Positions 1 to 14,000 of a stretch of 64,000 nt of DNA are shown piece by piece. This DNA comes from Proteromonas lacertae. Taxonomy: Eukaryota. The translations under genes were made by a program, and so were the position numbers. The DNA lies in assembly GCA_002245135.1 (NCBI GenBank), contig NGBS01000012.1:62001-126000 (forward strand). The letters are read 5' to 3'. The notes under the pieces are model-generated. The model was not told the DNA's origin. It did not search any database and worked only from the letters and a program-made list of their open reading frames with translations. Each line of letters begins with the position of its first letter. The first letter of the stretch is position 1.

Positions 1-246
1 GCGTATTAAGTGATGCAGATAAAAGGCGAAGATATGATGCTGGTCCAAGATATAAATGAATTAGATCATGATGATCCATTTGGTGGAGGTATGGGTGGAG
101 GTATTGATCCAAATGTGATATTCCAGATGTTTATGGGTGGAGGTATGGGTGGAATGGGAGGAATGGGTGGTGGCAGAAGAGGTGGAAGTAGAGGAGGTAT
201 GGGAGGTATGGGAGGTGGATTCCCATTTGACATTCATTTTGGTTAA
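1..246 (+). CDS. 3' end of a DnaJ/Hsp40 co-chaperone (J-domain end + G/F-rich tail, DNAJC7-like); partial
   Basis: Frame from base 3 reads VLSDADKRRRYDAG (J-domain helix IV). Removing one C at 45-46 joins it to QDINELDHDDPFGGGMGGGIDPNVIFQMFMGG...FHFG-like tail ending in TAA at 246. Confidence 0.8.
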
Positions 247-888
247 TTTTTTTTTATTTTTTTAATAATACATTATTTTCTGTTATAATGTGTTTTGATG
301 ATAAGCAATAACATTTTATGCAATTTTATTATGGGTATAACAGCAAGAACTTATAAAAAATCATGATTTTGAGAAATGTGCTTATATTAATAAAAAAACG
401 TTGATGAAATGCTAATTATATGTAATATTAAAATAAAATAATCTAATATCATTCAGTAAAAGTGTTTGAATAATAAATTGGACTGACAGCCATTACTGAT
501 GAGTTGTAAGCATAACTAGAGTGATAATTTTTAAAATATGATTAGAATATGCATTGTTAGATCAAGGAACTTAACTTCATTTAATAGATTTGTTTAGATT
601 AAGTCATTCTGCTCTACATTTCAAGTGGCATTTATTTATCAAAAAATATAGAAACATAATATGGTATTTTTAATTGTATCAAACTAGTGTGATTTTATCT
701 TGAATGTAGTTTAATGTAGTTAAAATACTTATATCAGCTTATTACATTAATCAAAACATTCAAAAAAGCTCGTATATGTTGAAATGAAATTTTTAATGAT
801 GTGTTTTTTGTTTAGTGATGATGAATTTCTTCAATATGATTGGATGATTAAAAATCTTAACTCGTCATTCAAATATCATTTTGAATCA

Positions 889-3800
889 ATGATGAGATTT
901 GTGGTGTTATGTGGTGTCTGTATGATTATTTTTATTATATTTCACTAGTGTTATGCGTGATACCTTCATTGTGTGTTGATTCTTTCGAATATGATGAAAG
1001 ACGTCCATTTTATACTGTGGGGAAGGCTATCACAGAGAATAAACCAAACCCTCCTAAAGAAGGATCATACACTGTTAAGCCTGATCTACCAGAAGGCTTA
1101 TCACTTGATCCAAGGAATGGATATATATCAGGAACTCCAAAAGTAGAAGTTTATAATCGATATATTGTTACTTTTAATGCAGGCAAAGGAGATGAAGCTG
1201 TCTGTACATTAGAAATTGTTTGTATTTATAACTTCTTTTTATTATCTGTCTAGGTTTGGCTGTTCCTTCTGTAAATTGTGGTGTATCAAAGCTTACAGCA
1301 GTATCCCTTATAAATACATTTATTACATGTACAGCCACTGGTGATCCTTCTGATAATGAATGGAAAATGACTCCAAAAGAAGTGAAAGGTATAACTCAAG
1401 ATGGTCCATATTTATGGTTCCATAATTTCAATCCTCAAACCAACATGAAAATTACTATTGAAGTTGAAAATGCAGCTGGAATTGGTAAATTCGAGATAGA
1501 AATTGTTAAAGTTGAAAATCCTGAATTAGGTTATGGTATTTACGTTTCATTCAATGACTTAGAAACAACAAAATGTGGTGATTATTATGATGGTATTGCA
1601 AATTATGACTTCTATGAAGGTGCAATGGATGATTTGTATGATTTAACTGATTTTCAACAATGGCAAGGTAAGATGGGTATTTATGTGTGGGGACAAATAA
1701 CAACATTTAATGGTACAATGGATGGATTTATTGATATAGCAAATAAAGGTGAATATACTTTCTATATGCAAACTGGTAATGAAATGAATGCTAGAGTATT
1801 TATTGATGATAAAGAAGTGTTATCTGATTGGGGCAAATGTAATCAATGGAATGAAACTCCATTAACAGCAAAAGTACAATTAGAAACTGGTTTACATAGA
1901 GTAGTAGTTGAATTTATGGGTGGTGAAGGATTAGATTTCCGATTTGTATTAGATTATTCAACTCCAGGTAGTGTAGAAAGAATGACAATTCCATTCAGAT
2001 ATTATAATTCTTATTTTGATCCAGTGACATTCTTAACTGCTGATTCATTAGAAGTAAGTTGGTTATATGATGCTTTCAGTTTAACTCCACTTCATGTTTC
2101 AAGAGGTGTTCCAACAAGTTGTTGGATTACTAATAATGCTCAATTACCTGAAGGATCAGAAGTAACAGTTGAAGGTATAAAAGGTCATCCACAATCTGTA
2201 ATGGATCAAACAGAATATAAAGTGAAATGTAAGAATCGAGATAGTGAAACAAATGAAATAACAATAAAACTTCGAGTAACCAAGAACACAATAGAAGGAG
2301 TTAGATCTTATTATTATAAACCATATAACTTTGATACAAGTTTATTTACTAAATATGGACCAAGTGTAAGATGGTAATGATCCTTTATATATTCAAAGAC
2401 AAGATGCACCATTTATTTCTGAATCTCAAGATGTACCTCATCCTGAAGGATTAAGTGAAGAATTTCTTGATGATTATGGTGTTTATTGGGAAGGCTATCT
2501 TCGTCCTTGGGCATCAGATTTAGGTCCACATAACTTCAGAATAACTGCTGATGGTGGTTATTGGATTTATTTTGATAATAAAGAAATGTTAGCCAAACCA
2601 GGAAGAAATAAGGTTGAAGATCCAGCTTATTTTGATTTTGAATTAACTGATGATAGTTTCTTTGTCCAAATCTATTATGTTTCACATAATGGACATGCTT
2701 TCTTTGATTTCGCATGGAAGAAATCAACTGAAACTGAAGATTCTTACAGCTCTTTCCTTCCATTCAGTTATGTTCCAGTAAATGATTATTTTGTAATGAC
2801 TCAAAGTACAGCAACTTATCTGAAAGGTCAAGAGGTTGAAAATTATGTTCTTCCAGTTGAATATTTTGATTGTAAAGAAATAACTGTTGATCCTCCATTA
2901 CCAGATGGTTTAGAAGCTCATTGTACAATGTTTGAACAGCCAGCTGTTATAGAGGGAACTCCAACAACTGATAGACTAATTGAATTAACAGAACATACAG
3001 TAACAATAACAAGTAGAAAAGATAAATCTGTTTCCACTACTATTTATATTGCTGTAAAACGTATATAATTATTATTTTATTAATACAATTTGAATAGCTG
3101 TTCAATCACCAGATGGTTTTTATATATTAGATGTTCAAACTGGAAAGAAATATACTGATTCAGTATCCTTAGTTGTAGGTGAGTTCTATGATCTTCAATT
3201 CCATGTAGAAACTGGATATGTAATTGCATTTGGTGCAGAGAATATTCCTGTAGGATTTTCATTTAATTGGGAAAGTTCAACCCTTTCAGGAAGTCCTAGA
3301 GAAAAATTAGATACAAAAGTGAAAGTAATAGCCATTGTTAGACCTTCAGATGGTGATAGTAAAGAGTTTTCATTTACAATAAAAGCTGATGGTGGATGTG
3401 AAAGTGGAAATAGACATGTTTTCCATTTCAGTAATGATTTCGCAGAAAATGGAGTATATTTAATGCTTACTGTAACTGCATCAAATGGTACAAGTGTTAT
3501 AAATGTATATGAAAGAGAAACAGTTAGTTTACCTCGAACTTATAGTATGTGTCTTCCAGTAGATACTTACACAATACGAACAGGTGGAATGTTTGACTAT
3601 TATTTTACTGTTTATAATAATGGTGTTAGAGTTTATAGATATTATGCAGATTTCCCTTCTACATCGTCACATACTTTTACACTCAATACAGATCCTGTTT
3701 TACCTAAATTCAAGTATATTACAAACAATGCCACTTATTATCAATGGAATCAAGTATTATTAGTTCCAAGAGCTGAAACATTTATTGATTATTTCACCAT

Positions 3801-6800
3801 TACACCTTCAAAACTACCAAGAGGCTTTGTCTTTAACAATATGACAGGAAGATTATATGGAACAGCAACAAGAGTAACAAATGCTACAAATTATAAGATT
3901 ACAGCTTATAATGATAAAGGTCAAGCTTCATTCGATATATTAATACAAGTACTTCCAGACACTCAAGAAGAAGATTGTGAAAATGCTGGAAAGTTTTTAG
4001 TTGGTTTAACATTATATGTAGGAACATACTATGAAAGACCAGGATATCAATTAATAAATTCAAAAGATGAAGTTGTATTTGATAGAATTCAAGGAACATA
4101 TTTTGCTGATTCAGTTTATAGAATTAAAATGTGTATAACAAAAGGATGGTACACATTGAGATTAGTTGATTACAGTGGTTATGGCTGGGGAAATTCAAAC
4201 ATAACAATATCAGCAGGTAATTCAATCATTGGTAGATACACTATATTATATAATGAAAATGAAGTTAATGTTACAACTGATTGTATATATATTATTATTA
4301 TTTATTAAATAGTTACGTATATTATTGATACTCATACTCAATGGCAATATAGTCAACAGTATGTACCAAATTGGGAATTAAAGAATGAATCAGTTTCATG
4401 GCCATCATCAACAATTAATACCCTTCCAAAACCACCATCTACTCCAACATATTATTTAAGATATCCATTATTATTCCCAAATTATAATAAATATTCAGGT
4501 TATTTCATTAGAATTAAACATAGATCAGGTGTAATTGTTAGAGTAAATGGAAGACAAATATTCAGAGATAATCTACCACCTGGAGATATAGGTCCAAATA
4601 CTCCAGGAGATACTGCTTATGAAAGAGCGAGAGAAGAGAATTTCATATTGCCAATCGATGATTTAAATGATACAGCAATAATAACTTATGAAATTCATAA
4701 AAGTCCAAATGATGATAATTTCCCAAATGAAGATAAATTCTTTATATTCCCATTAGATGGAGATAATGATGAAGATTGTATATTAGTAGCATTTTATGGA
4801 GGAAGAGTGACAGATTCATCCAGTAAAAGTTTTGGTAAAGATGGTAAAAATTTAGTTGATGCTGCATTTGATTTATCAGAAGGTTCAGATTGGAGAGATT
4901 ATTATGGAACAGTAGATGGTTATTCATATGCAGATTATTCATTTGGTGAAAACAGTCACTATGCATTTAATCAACTCACAATAATAGCTGGTACTGGTTT
5001 GGATAATCATTATCCAATGAAAGTATCATTAAATGGTATAACAGATACAGGAAAAGTTGAATTAGGAACATTAGATCCAGTTGAGTATTTCACAATGAAG
5101 AAAAATGCACCAGGTAGAGCTACACACAATGTTAATCCATATACATTATATAAAAGTGTAAGAATAGATATTCCACTTTCAAATCAATATGATTATAATG
5201 ACAGAGGAATGTCAGTAAAAGAAATTGGTTATCATTTATGTCGTATTAAGAAATGTCCAGCAAATCCAGCTCTAAATTTACCAGAAGGAATATCCAATAC
5301 ATTCATTACACGTAATTGTAGTAAAGAAAGTGATCCTGGTGAAAAACTCTTTTATTGTTCTAACTTTGCTCTTTGGATGGAAGTAAAATCAACCTGTGGA
5401 GATAAACCAGAATTCATTACTACAACAACAACTGTAACATTAGAAGCAGGTCATGCATATGAATATGAGGCAATATTTGAAGTAACTGGAAAGCCAGATT
5501 CTTATAATTTTTCATGTCCAAGTTGTCCATCAGGTGAATTTATTCAAGGATTAACATTTGATAAGGCAATTGGTTTAATATCTGGAACTCCATATATAGG
5601 AGCTACTCATGTAATTACATTTACAGCAATGAATGCATATGGTACAGCCACCATAACAATGACAATAATAATTACACCAACAAATAAAATGATAATCTAT
5701 AAGTATAACCCCTCAGTTCAACTCACACTAAACGCTGATATACCTGAAAATAAAACACAATTATTCTGGGTACAAAGTGGTACAACTGTTACATACAGTG
5801 TAGATGAACTTCCAATTGGTATAACATTAGATTCTTCAACTGGTTTTATATCAGGTAAACCTAATGTTCCAGGTGATCATCTTAGTTTATTTACAATTAA
5901 GAATGCTGCTGGTGAAAGAGAAACTAGATATGTTCGAATTTATGTTGAAACAACTTCAGAGCCAGTTATAACTCATTCTGTAGATAAAATTGATTTGATC
6001 TATATGACTAACTATGATGATCAATATCCAATTGTATGTTCTGCTTCTTCAACTTTAACTTACAGTGTTGATAAAAACTTACCAGCCACTTTAACATATG
6101 ATCCAGCAACAGGTGCAATGAAAGGAAAAGTTACAGCTCCAGTTCAATCAGCTGTGAATTACAAATTCTCATGTTCAGCTGATGGTAAATCAGTCTCAAA
6201 AGATATTCCAATTTCAATTGTTCAAGCAGATGATGTTCCAATTATTATTAGTCAAAATGAAACTGTTACATTAACAGCAGGTCAAGAATTATTCAATGAA
6301 CAATTCTTTGTAGTGAGTGGAAATAACTTAGTTTATTCAATCACTCCAACATTACCTCAAGTAATAACAATGGATGCTAAAACAGGATTATTCAATGGTT
6401 ATGGCAAAGGTGAAAATAATAATACTTATAGAATTAATGTATCTAATGGAAAAGCATCAGTCGAATTGAGAATGTTAATCAATGTAACAAAGAGTGATAA
6501 GCCAGTAATTCCTGATTCAACAGTAAAGAAAGATATAGAAGTAGCAACAGGAGCATTAGTGTCAGTTCAATTATTTGATTCAGTTGGTGAAGGTTTATCA
6601 GTTTCAGTAAATCCACCATTACCAGAAGGTTTCTCAATATCTTCAACTGGTTATTTGCAAGGACTTTCAGTGGTTGATGTTGCAAAACAGGATTATGTTA
6701 TTACAGTAACTGATAAATATGGAAAATCAGCGAGTGTAACAATCAAATTAGAATTCAAAGCAAAGAAATGTCCAGCTAATGGTGGTTTCCCAGAAACTCT

Positions 6801-7089
6801 AGTAGGAGATCAAGCAGTAATAAAATGTGGAGGAGGTAAATCTGGTTATATGATTAGAAAATGTATTTATGCTGATGGAAATGCAATTTGGCAATCTCCA
6901 ATTGATGATTGTTCAGCAAGTATAGTTGGTCCATTAATTGGAATAATAATTGCTTGTATTATTGGAGGAGGAGTGATATTCTTGGGAGGTTATTGTATTT
7001 ATGTCAGAGTAGGAGGAGGTAAGAAACATGTTAGAAAAACAGCTGAACAAATGGTGGATGCTTCAAAAGATGCTGGTGTGAGAATATAA
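889..7089 (+). CDS. Giant (~2000 aa) type I membrane surface protein: signal peptide, multiple putative-Ig (He_PIG-like) repeats, two PA14-like domains, Cys-rich HormR-like modules, TM helix, short basic tail
   Basis: Spliced N-terminus MMRFVVLCGVLLCVIPSLC. Repeated LPxGLxLDxxxGxISGTP motifs; PA14-like DDYGVYWEGYLRP..FRITADGG; C-terminal TM IVGPLIGIIIACIIGGGVIFLGGYCIYV. GT-AG introns at ~920, ~1222, 3061-3097 and 4283-4312 join the ORFs; one +1 frameshift at 2368-2369. Confidence 0.8.
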
Positions 7090-7156
7090 CCGTAATTCAT
7101 GACATTTCATTATTATTATTATTATATCATACTCATATTCTTACTATTATCTTTTT

Positions 7157-8790
7157 TTTTCATTAAAATGAATTAAATAACAAAATAAAATAAAAAATAG
7201 TATAATTCATTTAATTATTATTACACCAATTATAAGCAGCTTTATAAATATTTTCATACTTTTTATTATCTTTCAATAAATCTAAGAAATTTGCTTTAAA
7301 TTTACTTTTACTCAAATTTATATCATCCACAAAATCACTATCTTTAAAACATTCAAATAATCTCTTATATAATAATGGAAAGTATATGTGTTTAGTTATT
7401 TTCATACTCAATAATAATCTTCTCATAAATAAAGTTTCTAAATTACCTTTAAACCAAATCTTGAATCTTGTCAAACCATCTCTTGTTTCTCCAATTATTG
7501 GTTCATCATTATTAGATTTTAATATTTCATAACCATAGAAATTCAATAATATATTCACAATTACATGATATACACGATATATTTCTTTATTAGAGATAAA
7601 TCCTAAACATTTATAATAAAACAATATTAAATCATACTTTTTATTTCTTCATCATTATGAAAATAAGGTATTCTTCCTTCATCCATATCTAGATTCACTG
7701 GAATAAACCATTTTCTATCTTCTATACTAGTAATCCAACTATAATCACTAACTTTTATTGAATTTATTATATTTATATTTGATGGTTTACTACATACTTC
7801 ACCTTTAAATACATTTTCAACTGAATAAATATCACTCACATTATTTAGAATTATTACACTCTCTTCACTTGAACTATTATTCCTCTCATCATCATCATTA
7901 TCATCATCATTATCATGTTGTAAATATAAATCTAAATTAATTGGAATATCACCTCCTTCTTCACTATTTATTTCATTATTCAAATATTCTCTCAAATATT
8001 TGGAATTTAATATATCATCAGTACTACATCTTTTATCTGCATTAACTTCTAATAAATGACTTATTATATCTCTCAATTCATCACTGTAGTATGAACTTAT
8101 CTTTTTATAATTCAATTTCAAATCTTTATTAACTACTACTTTGGAATATTCACTAAATTCAATTGGTGGAGTTATTAAATTACACATTTCAAGTAATAAA
8201 CATCCTACACTCCATAAATCAACTTTATAATCATAATCAGGATTTAACATCTCAGGAGCTGAATAACATATATATTGATTACTTCTTACTATAGTTGAAG
8301 TAGTTGAATTATTCAAAGTCATTGATGTTTGTAAATCACTACTATCTATTTCACGTGCCATTCCTAAATCACCTAATACAAACTCTCCTCCCAATGATAT
8401 CATCACTGTTTTGGGATTAATCTCTCGATGAATTATATATTTGTTATCCTTTCCTCTTGGAGTGTGTAAATAGTGTAATCCTTGTATTAAATTCGATAAA
8501 CATCTCTTTATTGTCTATTAAATTACATAAATACCTATACATGCTCTTGAAAATGGCGATGAGCATCTCTTGTTTGTTTGATGTAATCTTCTAATGTTGA
8601 TTCGTGAAAATATTCCAATGTAATTTCCAATTTATCATCATGTTCTTTAAAATCTAAATAATGAACTAAATAACGATTATTAGTGTCTTTCAATATCTCA
8701 AGCTATAAATTATAAATTATAAATGATTTTTACTTCTCTTTTCATTCTTATTTTTTGTTTTTCTCCCATGTTCTTAAGATTATACTCTTT
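7157..8790 (-). repeat. Arm 1 of a ~1.6 kb near-identical inverted repeat (partner ~17730-19362)
   Basis: Reverse-complement identity runs through CDS, introns and 3' UTR, ending at ...TTTTAATGAAAA. Confidence 0.9.
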
Positions 8791-8877
8791 CCTCATAACC
8801 TCATCTCCGTTATCGTTAATTCTAAAGACATGAACATTTTCATCAGACTGATATAGTTCTTCTATTATTCTACTCAT
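7211..8877 (-). CDS. NEK-like protein kinase/pseudokinase with uncharacterised C-terminal domain (copy A1)
   Basis: Spliced product contains IIHREINPKTVMI, GDLGMAR, YSAPEM and KVDLWSVGC. The catalytic HRD is HRE. Three short GT-AG introns. Confidence 0.8.
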
Positions 8878-8999
8878 TAGAACTACTGTAAAAAGCAAAT
8901 TAAAAAAAATGTTTAGATCTTCAAGCCAAGAAAGCTTGAAAGATAAATTTTATAAAACCCTTTTTCTGTCGTTATGTATGTTATAAATAATTAAATACA

Positions 9000-10778
9000 A
9001 TGACGTCATTTTCTTTATGGTTAAAAAATCACAAATGTGAAGTATACTTGTTATTATTCTCTATTATATTGTTTTAGTTGTCAACTCATAAAAGTGGTTG
9101 TGAAATTTGTAAAATACGATATAATGATCATGGTTGTAGTTATTTATTGAAGGTCTTAGATGTGAGTGAATTAGATCCTAAAGTAGTGTTGTACGTAGTA
9201 TCTCTAATGAATAACATAAATATTCAGAATTTGTATGGTTTAATGAAATATCAGATAATTGAAATTAATGAAAATGTATTTTATCGAATGATGAGAGAGT
9301 ATAAAGTTCATTTAGATGAAATAAATCCTTTAAAATATTTCAAAGAAAGTGGTGTATTTGGAATATTAAATGAAATCATACAAGCTTTACAAAGCTTGTA
9401 TAAGAATAGAACAATTCACAGTGATTTAAAACCTTCCAATATCTTTCTAAATGATAAAAATGAAGTAGTTCTGAGTGATTATTGTAATAGCTTATTATAC
9501 AAAGGAAAAGAAAATAAGAGAATCACAGGAAAGATGGAAGATTTGTGTTTTGTTTGTATTGATGAATTGGTAGGAAAAGAGTTGGATATATGGAGTGATA
9601 TATGGAATTTTGGTTTAATATTCTATTATATAATAAGTGGAAAATATCCATTTGTTGGTTTAAACATGCTGGAAACAATGAAGAATATAGAAAATATAAA
9701 TTTTGTTCAATTGAACTGTAAATATAATAACGAATTTAACACATTGTTAAAAAGAATACTTGTTAAAGAAAAGAGAAATCGTTCAACATTTGCTAGAATA
9801 ATATATGAATTGAATAGTATATTTAACCAAATAGAATTAGGTGAAGGTAAAGTTACAGTTATTTCATATGAAGTAGATGAGATGAAAATCTATGAAGAGC
9901 TTTGTATATTCAACAAGAATCATATTTTCTATAGCAAAAATAAATAAGAAAAATTCGCTTGACAATTATGTTTGTAATAATTATTTTTGTTTAGATTATG
10001 GTGGATGTATAATATTATTATTATTATATGGTAATACATATTTTAGATAATATGAGAGATGGAGGAATTAAGTATTTATGTAAAGAACTTGATATATTTT
10101 ACTTCAATGTAAATGAAATTAATATGATGTGTATAATTATAATATAATATTAATATATTAATTGTATAGTTAATAGTATCACTTCTGCTGGGTTATATAT
10201 CTTTTCACAATCATTAAAATGTTTTGCAATGACAGAAAAATTATGGTTAAGTAATAATCCAATTGGTGGAAGTAATACAAGATTTTTTGCAAATAATTTA
10301 CATTTCCTTCCAAGATTAAAGAAATTAGGATTAACAAGTAATTATTATTTATATATAATTCTTATTGAATAGAATGTGAATTAGATGATGATGATATTAA
10401 ATATATATCAGCTCATTTTAAAGATATTTCTAATTTAGAAGCATTATGGGTTGATAGTATAATAATAATTGTTATACTTATTTATAATTTTTAATAGATA
10501 ATAAAATAGGTGATATTGGAGTCAAATGTTTGTGTGGCTATATTGGTGCTATTCCAAAATTAAAAGAGTTGTATTTGAATGAGAATAGAATAAGTGATAT
10601 TGGTGGAGAAATACTTATCGATAAACTTAATAAATGTAAAGAATTGGAAGTATTATGGATAGAATATAACCATATTTTAAACTATGATGATATTAAAAGA
10701 AAAATAAAAGAGAAACATCCCAGTTACAGTCTTTTTAAGAAATACTTTCATCCAAATGAGATTTTGAAAGTATTTTAA
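9000..10778 (+). CDS. Atypical kinase domain + C-terminal RNI/NLRC3-like leucine-rich repeats (copy B1)
   Basis: ATG at 9000, intron 9042-9077, IHSDLKPSNIFL and SDIWNFGLI. Later exons encode LxxLxLxxNxIxDxG repeats (LKELYLNENRISDIGG). Confidence 0.8.
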
Positions 10779-10912
10779 ATGTAAAAACAAATTATTTTAC
10801 TATCAATATGTTATATAAGGTAAGCTTTTATTCATTTTCAATCTCATTAATACAAAAAAGAGAATTATTTAATATTACCGTTCATATACCATTATTCTAG
10901 AAAAATTAGAAA

Positions 10913-10984
10913 GGGGTAATGGCGCAACGGTAGCGCGTTGGATTCCAGATCCAAAGGTTGGGAGTTCAAATCTCTCTTACCTCA
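10913..10984 (+). tRNA. trnW: tRNA-Trp (CCA)
   Basis: Cloverleaf: acceptor GGGGTAA/TTACCTC, D stem GCGC/GCGC, anticodon stem TTGGA-ttCCAga-TCCAA, T arm GGGAG-TTCAAAT-CTCTC, followed by a poly-T terminator. Confidence 0.95.
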
Positions 10985-11067
10985 TTTTTTTCTTTTCATA
11001 TTTTATTATTCCCTAAAACACAAATTAATAGGTATGATTTCTATAATAAATTCACTTTCTTTGATTT

Positions 11068-14000
11068 TTAAGAATTCATATTGAATATCTTCTCTAATTT
11101 CTTTCTATAAGGTCCTCCGTAGAAATTACCTCTAAAAACACTTTGAATGTAAATAGCTGCTTTTGGTCTGAGTAATTCATAATACTCATTAATTGATTTC
11201 AATCCCATTTTTTCATACACCTTCAATATTTCAGGTATACTGCATTTCAATAACAAGTTGATAATCTCATAACTTTTTCTAGAAACTGCAAAGGAGGAAG
11301 AAGAGCATAATTCAATTAATTCTTTAATTATTCTTTCATCTATAGCTTCATTGTATGCCAAATATCCTTCTTCGCCAATATTCACAAACCAAGGTAAAAA
11401 CTGTTTTAACTTTCCACCTTTAGATATCTTATTCGACTTATAAAACTCTTCTTCAGATTCATCAATTTCAACGGAATTTTCACATATTTTGTTATACCAT
11501 TCATCAATATTATTCTTTATCTTCAATGATAAACAATCTTCACCACTTAAGAAATCTATTTTAATCACATTTTTATCTTTTCTTATTCTACTTCCATATA
11601 AATTATACTTTCTGTGAGCATTTGTTTCTTTGTTTCTACTTGCTTCAAAATATTCATAAATATAGCCATTTACTAATACTATATCTCTCTTTTTAAACCA
11701 ACTATTACCATTACTTCTTTCTATTGTATCACTCAATATTATATCCAATTCATCTTTGGGAGGTAGACTTCCTCTTTTTACATAATGTCTTAAAATCTAT
11801 TTTGAATAAAAATGATAAAATGATTAAATTATACACTTAAGCCTAATGATTTTAATGTATCTAATTTTGAACATAAGAACGATTCCATATCTGTAATAGA
11901 TAATGTAAATAACAAAGAACTACCAACATGAACCAAATTATCCAAAGTAGAAGTAGCATAGAAAGATTCTAATTTATAATTCGATTGAACAGATTTTAAT
12001 AAATCAGATATAATATTTCCATTTACTTTCTTTGTCATTTGAATTAATCTGTTATTATTTGCCATGAAACTTAAACATTTGATAATAATTAATCGAACAG
12101 AGACATTTTCATGGCTAATATATTTCATTATATCAGCACCATGAGCAAGATAAGGAGGAATCTCATTTCTTTTACTGTCATTCAATACAAATCTACATAA
12201 GTATGTTTTTAAGATTTCTAATAAGATTGCATTATCAATTGGTTTGTTGTTATTACTGTTTTTCTCATTTGTAAATATCATTTCTATTTAATAAATAATA
12301 ATAATATATATATATATATACTGTCTAAGATATTGAATATATCATTTTGAACAAATACTCCCAACACAGCTTTATCTTTCAATGCAACAACATGAATATG
12401 TAATAATAACAAGAACTGATTGTGATTCAAATCCAATTGGAACAATTTGTTGAAATTTGGACATAATTGAGTGAATTGAATATAATAACTGAACTTCTTA
12501 TTAACCAATTGATATATAATCACTAAACAACAATTAAATATTTCTTTATTCAATTTTCCTTGACTTTCAATTTCAACAGATAATAAATTAGCAACCGTTG
12601 CTAATAACAAGCCTAATGATTCATTCACATATTCAATTATTCCATAATAAGTGTATAAACAATATAGCAACACTTCAACAGTATATTTACCATATGAAGT
12701 CTTATGACAATTGTTCAGAATAGTAAATAAAGCATCAATTCCATTCTTAGCGATATATTCTGCTCTTTCTTGGAAGAATTTCCTTTGGAATACATAATAA
12801 TGAGTTGATTTATTACTATTCACAATATAAGAGCAAGCTTTCAAACAGTTTATTAAGATATGAATATCAGACTTTTTAGTAGATGTAGTAAGAATAGAAA
12901 CTAAACTTTCTACAGATAAATAAGTAAAAGTCATGGAAGAACGTGATAATAATTGATTAATAATGAATTGACAATCTCTTCTATAACTTTCATACATTAT
13001 ATCATTTTCATTTGGTTCTTTTTGGACTTTATTTGAACTTAAATTCGTTTCATTTAAGAAGATTGTAACTAAATTGGAACATAAGAATGATTTCACTACA
13101 TCTTTAGGATATTTGATTATTTCAATACTAATTTGAAGTATTGTTTGCTTTATTCTAATATCATTCGTATTGTTCATCAATCCTTCTAAGATATTAAACA
13201 GATTATAATTGGTTATCAACATTCTTAAAAACGTATTGTTCACTCCCAATTGTGAAGCAATCAAGCTTTTCAAGCCACATAATGCATTTAATCTAATATT
13301 ACCATTATTATTAATACAGTATTTCAATAATACATCTGGTTTAATATCTAATAAAGATAATGATATTGTTGAGCTAGATAATATATTCCCAAGTATATTA
13401 TAACAATCAATCTTCATTGAATCAATGACATATTCAATATCTTCAACTTCTTCATTCTTTTTAGATTTCTTTTTATAGATTGCTGGCTTGATTTGATGAT
13501 AAAGCAAATCTTGTTGTTTCTGAATATTCTGTGATAATGATTTTAAATTGTTCTCAGGATTAACAATAACAGGGAATGATGTATCACCATGTAATTCACC
13601 AAGTCTTTTAATCTTCAATTTATTCAGATTCTTAACAGTTGTCTGTTTGGGTAATTCAGTTTTAAACTTCTTATCTCCTCTGAATGATCCAGTTCTACTT
13701 AAACTTCTGATTCTTCCTACATTCAATTGATTTCCTAATGACAGGATTGTTGCTGCAAATGTTGAACCAGCGCCACTGCTGTTTGTCTTTTTTAGTGCAT
13801 TGAATGAATTATTCTTATTATCATTCAAGTCTTTTTCTTCAGAAACTTGATTGAATATTTTATCTAATTCACCTGTTTTTAATTTTTGTATTAAACCATC
13901 TTTTATTGCTTTTCTGATTAAATGACCAACTCTGTGAATCTTATTCTGAAACAATAACCATAATTTCTTATCCTTCTCTAAGTTATTTTGATTTGGTTCT

